Positions 41,245 through 60,684 of a stretch of DNA of 64,000 bases are shown here, piece by piece. Source of the stretch: Flaccisagitta enflata (Eukaryota); assembly GCA_965153355.1 (NCBI GenBank), contig OZ231126.1:4774001-4838000 (forward strand). Direction: 5' to 3'. Positions within the stretch are counted from its first letter, which is position 1. Every line of letters starts with the position of its first letter. The notes beneath the pieces were generated by a model, which was not told the origin of the DNA, did no database searches, and saw only the letters and a list, made by a program, of their open reading frames with translations. Position numbers and translations under genes: made by a program.

Positions 41245-42542
41245 CAGATCGCGACATATTTGAAGATGGTGTGACGCTTTAGTAACCCACCCCTACCCAC
41301 AGCCCAAACGGAAAGAGCTAGAGTGCTGAAATTTTACATGTAGGGCCTCCTGGTGAATATATTTTGGGCCACCGAGGGGATTTTCCAAAAGTTGCCCCTA
41401 GCCCGCGATCTGGGGGTGGGCTGGGGTAGCCCCTGGGGGCGAAAAATCGAAAAAATTTTTTTTTCAATTTTTAAAAAAAATTGGGTTGGGTTGCTTAGAT
41501 CGAGGTCTTTACGAACTAGTAATATAGTTTTTCAGTGGTTAATCTCATTTTTTTGTGTTTTAGAGGGTTACAAACACGGACACATGAATTTCCAGAAAAA
41601 CCGGAGCTGTCGCCAAAGCTTTTTTCCGCTAAAGACGGCGCAATGACATCTACATAGCAGGAAGTAAGCAAGTAAATCATTCTAAAGCAATGGGCAACGC
41701 AATCCAAACGAGAAATTTAAAATTTTATCAATTTCAATTGAAATGCTCAATTATTTGTGTGCCCTTTGTCTCTCATGATCAATGTCAGAGTGAATTGGTG
41801 AAGTTTGTGACGTCAGAATCAGTCAGGTGAATTTTCTGCTACGTATTTTGTCTCCAAAAATCTTTTTCCCCTGGATCAATTAGCAAATTGGAAAATACAG
41901 GCGATGATTTGCAATTATATTTTCACCGAGACGATTTATGAATTTCGTCTCTACCCTAGGTATTCACTTCTATAGAGGGATTTTTGGCCCTCCAAAGTAG
42001 TGTACACTGCCGATATTTGAGTAATTGAACAAGGCCGGATACACGGCCAATACCAGTTGCGGACCGGTGGGCAGAAGCGGAAATGCAGGTTTTCCCACTT
42101 TTCGACTCGATCACCACAGACCAACCAACCGACCAACCAACCAACCGACGGACGGACAAAGCCTCTTATAAAGTCGCTAGTCCGCGACTAAAAATTACAC
42201 CATTGGCGTCAGTTGCATATCATGACAGGTTACCGAGCAATCCTGTGCGATTTTCATGTTGTATTACGCGTGGAAGCGTAAAACGATCCTCATGAATGTT
42301 TTGACTGCACTGATGAAGCAAGTTATCTACATCCAGTGTAACCAAAGAGTTAAAGTGCATGATTTTAAATTCAAGCTGATATGATAGATGAAAAAAGTTG
42401 CTCCTTTATAAAAAACGCGGCAATCCAGCGTGGACCGTAGGGCAGGAGCAGTAATGCCAAAACCGCCCGCAATTTTAGAAATATTTCGGAACAATGGACG
42501 TACCGACTGACACGGCAAAATGTGGTCGCGTGTCCGCGACTA

Positions 42543-42612
<70 letters not shown>

Positions 42613-44695
42613 AATCATAAACGTCAAAATGTGAGATTTAAGAATTGTATTGATCATCCCAACTCCTTTGATCCCATTGCAAATATCGCTGTAATGACAG
42701 ATTTCTCCTTTCACAACAGCTGCTCAGACGTATATCTTGTCATAATTCCGTCAAATCTACCAAGTAATTTCAACTAGATACAAGGTCGAGGAAGACGCCC
42801 TTGATTGAAGTGTCGTGATGCATCTCAGCTTGTATTCAACACCAACCAAAATTTGTTTCATATATGGTAGTCGCTTGATAATCTTTCCGCCTATTTCTAG
42901 TCGCGTGCTACGCGACTCTACACCCTGCTTTATCCGTCCGTAGGTTGGTCCCCTTTTTACTTTTTGGCATTTTTGAGCACACTGCCCTTGCCCACCCGTA
43001 CGACTCTGGGGTAGCCGTGTATCCGGCCTTGTTGGTATCATTCCCGCAGTTAATGAATTGTTTGTTTTCTTAAATAAGAATGAATTTCAAATTATTAATT
43101 TACTTGGTGAGATATTCGAATATCAATCTTTCCTTGATTGCCGATTTCAGTCAAATACTCGCAACTCTTAATCTGTCCCTAGGTCTGTTGGTCCGTCCAT
43201 CAGTTTCAGTCCAAGTAGAAAAGAATAAAAGCGCGCATGTACACGGCTGTCCTCAGTGACAATTTTGTAACCCCTTGTTACTTGATCTCCCAATATGAAA
43301 TGGCCGCGGTAAGAAAATGTTAGTGACGTCACTGCCGCTTTCCAAATAACTCGAGGCTTAATGAAACCATTGACTATCTATGTTTTCGTAATCAAAAGAT
43401 CTGTTTAAAAAAAATGTTTCATATATTTCCATTTCCACTATTAAAGGCGGTTTCCAATGATTCTTAGTCATTTCCGGTCTTTTCCAGCCATTTCCAGGCA
43501 TTTCGGGTCCTTTCCGGCCATTTCCGGTCATACATTGTCTGCATGATCAAGTTGTTTTGGAGGTGGGATACTTCTACTGCCTCACAGCCACTTAGTATTC
43601 TTAAATAGTGTGAAAAAAAGTTGGGCATGGAGGGATAACTCACATAACTACGCTCAAAAACGGGGAGTTGACACAAACTGACGCACGTGGCACTTTGACG
43701 TGAAAAAATCGAGCCAAGACCTCCGAAAAAGGGGTCAAAACTGGTACAGTTGGATTCAGCATGAAATTTGCAATCATTTTGTGGGGTGATATGTTTTCTA
43801 GCTTTAAAAACCACGGAGTCTTAAGTCACCCATGGCAAGGATTTTCGAGGTGTTGTGCGGTGATGCCAAAACCATGAAAACGGACGAATTCATGTATGAG
43901 CGGCCCCCAAAGAAAAGGAAACTTGAGCAACGGTAGGAAACTCGTGTGTGTGACAATCAAGAAAATCGTAAAATTTAAAATATCCCTGAAGAAAACTGAT
44001 GCCAATTCTTTCTTTTTTGAAAACAGATTTAAATGTGGCCTCGGTTGTGGCGTTGAGTTTGCCTCAAAGAGTTACTCTGGAGTGAGGATCCATGCGCATG
44101 ACTTCCCCACTAAGGCCTTCCTCTCAAGCGGTTGGCGACCCAATTCCAAGACCTGGTTGGCAGAAAATGATTTCTTTTGGAGGACCGAAACCATTAAAGA
44201 GGGTTTTGTGGAGGACCGAAACCATTAAAGAGGGTTTTGAGTAAATGACTGACAATGTTTGTTGCAACAATAGTAGGCTTGTATTAGTGAAAATAACCTT
44301 GTTGCGTTCTTTTTTAAAGAGTGAAAAAAAATTACAGAATTTGAGACAAATATGGACTAGTTGAGTTTCGGAAGCTATCTAGTCGGTAAATCTGGTAAAA
44401 AGAAGTTAAAAAACAAATCTTGGGGTGCTAAAGACATCAGTCAATGCAACCGAACAAAAAAAAATGAAAAAATCGAAAAAAATTTTTTTTTGATTTTTCG
44501 CCCCCAGGGGCTGCCCCAGCCCACCCCCAGATCGCGGGTTAGGGGCAACTTTCCGGAAATCCCCTCGGTGGCCCAAAATCTATTCACCAGCAGGCCCTAC
44601 ATGTAAAATTTCAGCTCTCTAGCACGTTCCGTTTGGGCTGTGGGTGGGGGTGGGTTATTAAAGCGTCACACCATCTTCAAATATGTCGCGATCTG
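41245..44695. mobile_element. Non-autonomous DNA transposon with ~220-bp TIRs and TA TSD, inserted in the pentraxin exon
   Basis: Ends are CAGATCGCGACATATTTGAAGATGGTGTGACGCTTT... and its reverse complement, flanked by TA at 41243-41244 and 44696-44697. Excision restores the reading frame. No intact transposase ORF; contains nested HINE-like copies. Confidence 0.9.
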
Positions 44696-45265
44696 TAGTG
44701 AAACCATGAAGTCCATCCCAAACCCACTTCACAGTCACCCATTCTGGGTTGACAAAGGAAAGAGAAAAGGTTGAAAAATTGTAGAGCTTCTTCCAAACAA
44801 GGCCAAGTAGGCCAACGATCCGTCCTCTTTGAATTAACGTTTTTTATGAATGAATATTTTTTTTATGAATGAATGTCATTTGTGAATGAATGAAAGATTG
44901 AATGAATGAATTACTTGATGTATGCTTCTTTTACTGGGGTAGAACCACTTTTCTATTGAAAAAATGCTTGATTTTCATGTTTTTAATGAATGCATTACCA
45001 ACCAACCGACCAACCGACCGACCAACCAACCGACCAACCAACCGACGGACACAGCATATTATAGAGATGCGAGGACGCATCTAAAAACCATGCATTGCTT
45101 GACTTGGATTGTCATTGACAGTTGTAATAGGCAAGAATCAAAACAACACTGCCATCGAATTCCCAGGGGTTGTTCTGTTGTTCATAAACTGGTTGGGCAT
45201 GATACACTGGGTAGTGCAATATGTCGTCCAATCATGTCAGCCAAGACTATTGCTGAAGCGTTACA

Positions 45266-45319
<54 letters not shown>

Positions 45320-45346
45320 TTTCTCTCACACACACGCACAAACACA

Positions 45347-45379
<33 letters not shown>

Positions 45380-45398
45380 GGAGGGCACTGACTACATA

Positions 45399-46208
45399 CA
45401 GTGGGAACTCGATTTAACGACCCTGAAGGGACGGAAGATTTGTGGTTGTTAAATCCGGGTGTTGTTAAATCGAATTTCTAATTTTCTTCAATCTAGACCA
45501 CCTCTTTAACTAAGCAACTAAGGCTAGGATCAGTGCTTAATTGATTGTTACGGTCATTTTTCAAGCATTTGTGCAAATAGCCAACAGACATACAGACAGA
45601 AAGACAGACAAACAGAGCTATAGACAAACAGAGAGAAAAACAAAGTGACAGATAAAAAAATAAAAAGACAGACAGAAAGAAAATATAGCCTTTTAAAGAC
45701 TTACAATATCATGCGATAGAATAAGTAAAAGATACTATAAATGATTTATGGGAAATGAAATATCACTGATAAAAAAAATGGTTAAAATCTTTTTAATAAA
45801 AAATTACTCTGCTGACAATATCTTAGTCTTTTTGTTCAAACATTTTTGTCGTATTCTTCAGCTGTTATCTTGTTCACTTTTGTATTAAAAGTATTAGTTA
45901 ATATTAGAATATTTTTCATCAATCTTAAAATATTTCTAAGTTTGAATTGAAGGTGAAAATTTGAATAAAAATCTGGTAAAAAAAAATCAATAATCAAGTT
46001 GAAATGTCAAATGTCATTAAATCAGGATAAAAATTGTCAAGGGACCTGGAAATACCGACTTTAAATCAGGTTTGGCTCTTATATCAGGTGTCTTTAAATC
46101 AGATAAAATTAACATTACAAAAGCCTATAAAAATTTAGGACCAAAGAAACTTGGATGTTAAATCCGAAATGTCGTTAAATCAGGTGACGAAAAGGCGGTA
46201 GTCCACTG
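45399..46208. mobile_element. Tc1/mariner-pogo-type MITE inserted at the TA of a splice donor
   Basis: TA|CAGTGG...CCACTG|TA ends with imperfect TIRs and GTTAAATC subterminal motifs at both ends. Removal regenerates the donor GTATGT. Confidence 0.6.
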
Positions 46209-48223
46209 TACCTCCAATTGGAAACATAGTATTTTTGTGTATTGAAGCCTTATGACCACCCATGAGCAGCGTGTATGCTTTGTCTTTGACAGATCCCGGA
46301 AGCCCAAGCGCCAATTGATTGGGCTGCTGCGGGACGGCGTAAGATAGGAAGAAAGGATAAGGCGTTGTCTGCGTCATCAGTGAGTCGACCGTCAACCGTA
46401 ACCACTGAACGTTCAAAGGCATTATCGGGTGGATGATCACGTGAGCATTCTGCTGGTGAGCCGGGAAATGGATTTCATAGCCAGGAGAGGAGGCAAAGGT
46501 CGAGGAGGAGGAGGAGGAGGAGGGAGATGAAGAGACCGACAATGATAAAAGTAGAATAGAGATAACGACTGCCTGCGCGAAACTCTTATTAGTCGCCATT
46601 TTTATGGTTGGGAAATTTATTGCTTTTAGTCATTTATATACAGGCTCGTATTCATTCTGAGATTTACAGGCGATGATTAACAAGAGCAGCTTGATAAATT
46701 GAACAGAAATTTGAGTGCTCAATTGCGCATTTTTCAATTGGGAACTAACAAAATCATCGGGAAACCCGTTTTCAAAATATTTAAGCCAGGATTTCAACTT
46801 CAGGCTTGAGTCAGGTGATTCAGCCGTGGAGCCACTCTGTTTTCTTAGGTGAGTGTGACCTAACCTTTCAATTCAATTCAATTCAAAGAAATGGACATTG
46901 GTTATAAAGATGCGAATAAATTATTAAGGGGGAGGACCGTGCTTAGGCCCTTTACGTCTGCTACAGTACGGATTGATTCTTTTTTGTTCCTTTGCTTACG
47001 ACAGGCCTGCTCTCGTTGGCCCTCTTATTTTAGTTGTTCAGTTAAAATAAATAAGCTTTAAACTACAAATCATTAACAAGAGAAAAAAGTAACAAAAACT
47101 AAAATAAATACTAGATGAGTATTACTTATGGTCTAATTTCAACTTATTTCTAGTCACGGACACGCGACCCTATATCTTGCTGCGTCGGTACGTCGGTCCA
47201 TCAGTTGGTCAGTTGGTGTGTCCAGTGCACTAAGGGCGTTTTTTTAGTAATATGGCGAATAAACAATGAATTTTTTATTTCAATTTTTGATTGATAGATC
47301 TATAGATAGGTCTTATGGAAAGTGATCCACACCAGTTTTGAACAATTCTTTATCTTGTATTGCCCAGAAAGTTACTTTTAGTAATGTTTTCCTCTTTATA
47401 TCATTACTGAGACAGAAAAAAAATCCATTGCCGCCTTTTGCCATGGAAAGACTAGGCTCTATCTGTAGCTCTGGCAATAACGATTCTAGGTTCAAAATCT
47501 GAAGATACACTTTTTATCACTTTAGGAGTTATAGCACATGGAAAATGGTTGCAATATCTGCTCATTGCATTATGGAAATCCATCATTGCATCTTTCATCG
47601 ATTTTTTCCCTTAAAAAACGGGACCAAAATGCAGCTGAGGAACAGCAGAGATAGCTGAGAGGCAGGAGAAGCTGCAGGGGAGTGAGAGTGTTTTGTTTTC
47701 ATTACACTTTCTGCCAATCAAAAGAGGTGGCCTCTATGTACAAAAATGTAAACCATTGCTCTCACAGACTCCAGACAGATGGTACAGACGGGTAAGCATG
47801 CCCTATTTTCCAGTGTGCAGTGTAGGGGGGAAAAAGTTCAGGGACATCCAGGTCAACTTCAAGCCCGACAGCAACTACAAACCCGCCAAATAATCTGTGT
47901 TTTTTACCTTTAACTGAACTTATAATATATGTCTTTATTCCTTAGTAAGCCCACTCCTTACAGAACATAACTAGTTTTATGCTTTTCTCATTCTGTTTTT
48001 CTCTTTCTTTTTTTTCTCTTCCTTTGTTCTCTCCTCCCATTCCTTCTTTTCCATTTTTACTCGATTCTCATCCGTAAATGTCCTAAATGTCCCTTATCCT
48101 TTACCAATGGCCGTCTGTCCCTCTGACTCTCCATCCCTCTGTCAGAAACATTACTGAAATGTAACCGTTTGGGCTGCGGCCCTAATGGAGCTGATGACCT
48201 TTGCTTTCACACAAGTTCTCCAC

Positions 48224-48292
<69 letters not shown>

Positions 48293-49962
48293 CCTAAATT
48301 GGTCACCTTTGAAAGGGTTTAGACATCTTTAAAATATATCATATAGTTGAGATCGTTTAATTTGGTGTGTTTGTAACGACACAGACTTTCGCCCCAGGCT
48401 ACGTTGCTCTTGGTCGATGGAGAGTGGCCAAAAGTCTGCTCCTCATCAACCAAGAGTGACGCAGCCAGGGGCAAAAGTCATTGTTGTTACAGGATAAATC
48501 TATTGATTAGAGAATCTATCCAAGACGATATTGTAAACTCGCATTATTTGTATTCATTGCACTTGAACGAAATTCTTTGTCGGGCTCTCAAAACAAAAAA
48601 TCTATTTGTCTGATGGATAGATCGCTATATACTGAGCTTTCTCATTAAATGAAGTTTTCCCTTTTTTGGTGAGATTCTCTATTCAATAGATTTACCACAT
48701 AGACAAAAACAGTCTCTACTCAAAACAAAACCTCACGTTGCAGTAGTTATCACACACCCCAAATTCGAAGCGGTCAATCGCCTTAACGTCCCCAAGTACC
48801 CTAAGCAGCCCAATAACTACCTCGTTGTCCAAAATCCAAAAATACGCCAAATCATGAATTGAGTAATCGAAGAATGAGTCAGTTTCAAATAAATCTATTC
48901 TACATTAAAAACATCTACAATTACGTGCACAGTCTCATCTCAATCATCAAAGTACAGTGCAACGCTCTGAGATTAACAATATACGTAAACAATTGAGAAA
49001 AATAACTTATTTCAGTTCAAAAAATTGGAATATGAGTAAACGGAATGGGAGAATGAGAGAAAGGACGTTGTTCCATAAACTTGGATGGTTCGGTATTCTT
49101 AAATAAATGATAACATTTCATGATATGGTTAAAAAAAGGACTCTGGGAATTCAAGGCTGGAATACGATGTACGTCTTTAAAGAGTGATCTAGTCATGAGT
49201 GAGAAAATAAGTAAAGAATTGAAAACATGAAACATGAAAGAACAGTGTTAAGGATCAGTTTATAATTTGGCATAAAATGAGACTAAGTATGATGTAAATC
49301 AGTTAATGATGTGACAAGGAAATCAATGAAAAATTATTGTATGTATATTCTCTCTAATTTTTTGGTGACTAAAAGCAACCTCTTGATTCTGATTTTATTC
49401 TCAAACAACACATCCAGGTCAGCATACAGACTCATCAGCCCATTTGCAATTTTCTTGCAATTCTCTTATGTAATTTTCTCCACAAAAAATACAAACCCAG
49501 ATGATATGTTTTTATGGGTAAAATGGAATGGTAAAGATGAACAAGGCCGGATACACAGCTACCCTAGTCGCATGCGGGTGGGTAGGAGCACTGCTGGAGA
49601 AGGTCTTTAGGGCATCTGGGCAGGAGCCGTATGCTCTAAAAGCTCAAAAATGCAGAAAAAGTAAAAAGGGGACTGACCGACCGACCGACCGACATAGCGG
49701 GGTGTAGAGTCGCGTAGCAGACATCATTTTCAAAAGAAGAGATATTGAAACTTTTTTCCACATATTTGATATTTTCCCAAGAAACGTTCCAAGAGATGTC
49801 TCTTCATAAGTATCAGGAGACGTCTCCTAAAATGTCTCCTTATGATTTTTGTCACAAAAAAAGAGGACTATACTAACAACTGTATAAACAACTCCTTCCG
49901 GCTTTAAAGATAACTCCTGGAACGTCTCTATGAGTCTCAAAAACATTTTTTGGTCTGTAGTA

Positions 49963-50373
49963 CTACGCAAATCAAAAAAGAGCCGCACCCTTTAGTAGGT
50001 GGCTGGAACAGAAAGAAAAATTATTTCAAATTTTCTATATTCAACTATTTTTGAAGATTTTTAAATTTTTTTTTTATTCTAGACTAATCCCGGGTCTGTA
50101 TCTCAAACCATTTAGAAGTTAGAGCCTGTCAAAGTGAACCTCTATTTTTGAAAAAAAAACTTATTTTTTAAAAGGATTGCAAAACTGAAAATGGTGATGT
50201 TTTCACTTTACTTAATGCCATTTCTAAATGAATAAAGCTAGAAATACTAGATTGAAGCCAAATCAAAGTTCTTTTAAAGCCTTTTGAAATGGTCTAAGAT
50301 TTTATTTGATTATTTTGAATTCAATATGATAAATTGTCATTTAAAAGTGCGGCTTTTTTATTGATTCGCATAG
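49963..50373. mobile_element. TA-MITE (same family as 26475-26870), inserted into the TSD of the adjacent hAT-like MITE
   Basis: GTAG|TA-element-TA|AC; removal gives GTAGTAAC, identical to 50679-50686. Confidence 0.75.
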
Positions 50374-50377
50374 TAAC

Positions 50378-50678
50378 CAGGCCTGTATATTCTTGAGTTT
50401 TCAAAATCAAAGGGTCTGGAGATGGGGAAGGAAATCAAAGGGGGAAAATAGAGAAAAAAAAGGAAATTTGGGGAAAATTTAACTTTTTACAGTACCAAAT
50501 CATAAAACTAAATTAGTAAAACACAATTTAACACTATTTAAACCTTAACTACATAGTTTTATTGCTATATGGGGAAGAAAATCATAGATATAAAAACATG
50601 ATGCGACGCATCGCGGGGAAGAAAATCAAAGGCAGGGGGGGAAAAAAATCAAAAGCGACTCAAGAATATACACCCCTG
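50378..50678. mobile_element. hAT-like MITE (CAGG...CCTG, 8-bp TSD)
   Basis: TIR CAGGCCTGTATATTCTTGAGT / ACTCAAGAATATACACCCCTG; TSD GTAGTAAC. Homologous to 6322-6641, with a partial copy at ~39518-39730. Confidence 0.75.
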
Positions 50679-50890
50679 GTAGTAACACAAAAAATATCTC
50701 TCAGACCGTCTCTTTGTGTCTCCATAGACGTATTCTCAAACGTCTCCTCACCCTGCGACAAGGCCTTGATCACTTGTTCCAATTCTTGTTTGACAGTGAC
50801 TCTGTCCAAAGCGCTCTCTATGGTCGCTGATATGCAACTCATACTGTTTGTTTCCATCGCAGTTGGCTCCAATCTAAAGCGGCAGCGTCG

Positions 50891-56617
<5,727 letters not shown>

Positions 56618-56844
56618 GAAAAAAAGATTCAGCCCTGAAAACTGGGCATGTTTTGTTTGTTATACTGACCCCAAACTATTCAGTATTAAAATTTGAGTTT
56701 GGACATGACAAAATGGTCAGTTGTTGCCAGCATTCACTAAAAATTTGAAGGCTTTTGGGCTAGTAGTTTTGGAGCTACATAGGTTTACTATTTGCCATTT
56801 TGAATTAAAGACGGTGTAAAGCAATTATCGCAGTGACTAATAAG

Positions 56845-58625
56845 TTGCTATCAATATTGCAAGAAAATTGATGTTTCAGCTCCTTGAGATCGATAAACAT
56901 TGATAATATGGCAATGATTACTGGAAAATTTTGTCATTTGAAAAAGTTTATGATTGACTTCACCAGTGAGTCTAAATCTTTTCTTGTAATAGTTTGCTAT
57001 GCCTTTTCCATTTCCATGATTTGTGAGATGAAGATTAAAGCCATCAATGTTCAAGTGATCATTCACATATCTATCACTGCACCAAGTTTCTTGAACACAG
57101 ATCATGCTGCATTTCTTGAATTTGAAATCATTACGAAGATCATTTATATGTTTTGGTAAAGAACGAATATTAACACTGACAATAAAGTTCATTTGTTCAT
57201 TTGTAGAAATAGATTGAAGCCTTGACAGTTCTTGCATAGCTGAGGGTGAAGGAAATATCTTATCTTTTGGAACTTTTTCAAAAATAAATAATTGATTTAA
57301 GGCTTGAACACAACTAAGCATGACGTAGGCTTGTGCAGGTTCTTGGTTTAGATTTCAGATCTAAAACAAGACAGTTTGGTTTAGAATTGGTAGCTCCTTG
57401 CGTTTTGTGGGCAGTACAAGCAAAACTAAGTCTCAGAGGACATTGCAAAGCTGTTAGCATTTGACTATTTGTTTGTTTTTTGGACATACTAAAATTGAAT
57501 TCGATTTTTTTCTATAGGAGTTACAGGAGTGCCCGGATACTTGTCTTGAAGGAAAGAAAAGTTTTTTCTCATGTTTTTACCAACTTTTTCATTATTGAAA
57601 TGGACTAAAACGGTTTTGATGGCACCGCTTTTTGAAAATTGAAAGTCAATGATTTTTCCAAATGCACCATTGGTTAATGAATCAATTACGTCTACATTAT
57701 AAGTTAACATTACTTTTGCACCAATCTTAAGTCTAAGTTATTTTTTGAAGAGGGGTATTAAGGATATTACCGTCATTGGACGTTCTTGCATTTACATCTT
57801 TTTGTGCAGAACTTCTAACAATAGCATCAATTTCGTGGAGCTCTCCATCTAATTTTTCAAGTTTTTGTTCATTCATTTTATTCACTTGTGCATTTGTCCC
57901 AGTGACAAATAGAGCTTCAGGTTAATGCTAGGTCATCTTAGAAATTTCTCTGTTAATTGTACAATGACTTGGATAACTGAGCTTTTTCCACTACCTGCAC
58001 CCCCCTGAACAATAATTTTTGGTGCAACAAATTTAAAAGGACATTTTCGACTTATAAGTATTCTCTTTAAGTATCGCATAACAACATCAACTACCATTCT
58101 CTGATCAACATCCATTCGATGAATAAGTGGGTACAGCTGTTGTTTTGAATAATCCAGGTGTTGTAGGGGCGTCATCATCATTGGTAAGACCTTCATAGTC
58201 TCTTACTTCATAATCTGGGTTGTCTAAAAGACCAATTTCTTCACATTCTGCTTGATCTTGCTCATTTTGAGGATCTAATTCAGCTGCTATGGTTTCTCTT
58301 AGTTCACGGGCCCCTGCCATTCCCTCTTCAACATTTTCAAGAAAAGGCTTGATTTTTCTTTTTACTTTGTAAATCTCACTTGCATCATTAGTCTGTTGAC
58401 AAACATCTAAATCATCTTTTTCATCAAAAAGGCAGTAACTTGGACCATCAGATACATAATTTGTATGGGGATGATACAATTGAAGTTCAGATAAAAGATA
58501 TTCATTAAGTGTTTTTTTTTCTTTTTTTGAATTTGTGAATTCTTAGTACAGCCTCAGTTCTTTTTCTCATAAAACCTGGTTCTTTCTCTTTAGTATCTTT
58601 TATCTTGATAAACAGGTAACTTGAA
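56845..58625 (-). mobile_element. Decayed Helentron (endonuclease-bearing Helitron) Rep-Hel fragment
   Basis: PIF1-type helicase motifs IIVQGGAGSGKS, MLTYNVDVIDSLTNGAFG, QCPLRLSFACTAHKTQGAT and AQAYVMLS, followed directly by AP-endonuclease/EEP motifs IVSVNIRSL...MICVQETW. Broken by stops, frameshifts and an internal deletion near 57930. Confidence 0.88.
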
Positions 58626-58700
58626 AACTTCTTGCTCTGTGTCAATATTTTTAGTTATGATAAAATCATTAACAAGGATAATTCCATCAGAATCACATTT

Positions 58701-58905
58701 TTAGTCGCGTGCACGCGACTCTACAACCCGCTTTGTCCGTTGGTCGGTTGGTTGGTCGGTTGGTTGGTCGGTCGGTCAAACTTTACTTTTTTTTATGATT
58801 TTATTTCTTTGACCTCACTGCTCCTGCCCAAATGGTCTGGTGACCTCAAATATGGCCCCTGCCCACCTGCACGCGACTTCGGTAGCCGTGTATCCGGCCT
58901 TGTTT
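58701..58905 (+). mobile_element. HINE/DINE-1-like non-autonomous element, family A (representative copy)
   Basis: 5' palindrome TAGTCGCGTGCACGCGACT, GGTC/GGTT microsatellite, 3' ACGCGACT copy and hairpin GCCGTGTATCCGGC, in T-runs with no TSD. Related copies at ~5093-5324, 5868-6034, 8043-8240, 25343-25487, 27910-28073, 37236-37451, 42028-42193, 42899-43033, 49541-49717, 52661-52816, 53260-53452, 55545-55698, 60695-60935 and 62335-62550. Confidence 0.75.
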
Positions 58906-58949
58906 TTTGAAAGTGCCGACGCACGCAACTTAGGTCTGAAGACTTTGTT

Positions 58950-59645
<696 letters not shown>

Positions 59646-59704
59646 TATAGAAATGATGCAGCTGGCTCATTTCGTGTAAATGTAAGCTAAAACTACGTTT
59701 GGAA

Positions 59705-60017
<313 letters not shown>

Positions 60018-60037
60018 CTCTTTCTTTGTTGCTTTTT

Positions 60038-60590
60038 GGGCAGCGGCCCCAAAGGGCCGATGTCCTGTAGGACACAGGGGGGAATTTCCAGACGTCCGTC
60101 CTTCCGTCCTTCCGTCCGTCCGTCGTCCGTCCGTCCGTCCGTCCCCCCCCCTGGTTGGCCATCAAGGCCTCAAATTTGTCCTCACAGCCCTAGATTTAGC
60201 CCTTCAGGCCTCAAATCAGCCTTCCAGGCCTCAAATCAGCCCCCACCCACCTCAAATCTGACCTCTAGACCTCAGATCTGCCCTCCAGACCTTCAATTAG
60301 CCTTCCAAGCATCAAATCAGCCCTCTGTGGCTCAGATTTACCCTCCAAACCTCAAATCTGCTCTCCAAGCTTTAATTCTGCCCTCTAGCCTTCAAATATG
60401 CCTTCTTTGGCCTGAATCAGTCATCTATAGCCTGAAATATGCCCCCTCAGGACGTCTGGAAATTCCCCCCTGTGTTCTACAGGACATCGGCCCTTTGGGG
60501 CCGCTGCCCTGCTCCCACTCCACTTCTTCACTGGATCGCTCCCAGCAGGGCATCGGGTACCGCTGACCATGTGCGATCCTTGGATGACTA

Positions 60591-60591
<1 letters not shown>
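60038..60591 (+). mobile_element. Non-autonomous element family B (long asymmetric inverted repeat + GTCC microsatellite + CCTCAAATC minisatellite), HINE-like
   Basis: GGGCAGCGGCCCCAAAGGGCCGATGTCCTGTAGGACACAGGGGG at the start with its inverse at ~60452-60510, followed by a conserved tail GGGTACCGCTGACCATGTGCGATCCTTGG. Confidence 0.7.
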
Positions 60592-60684
<93 letters not shown>

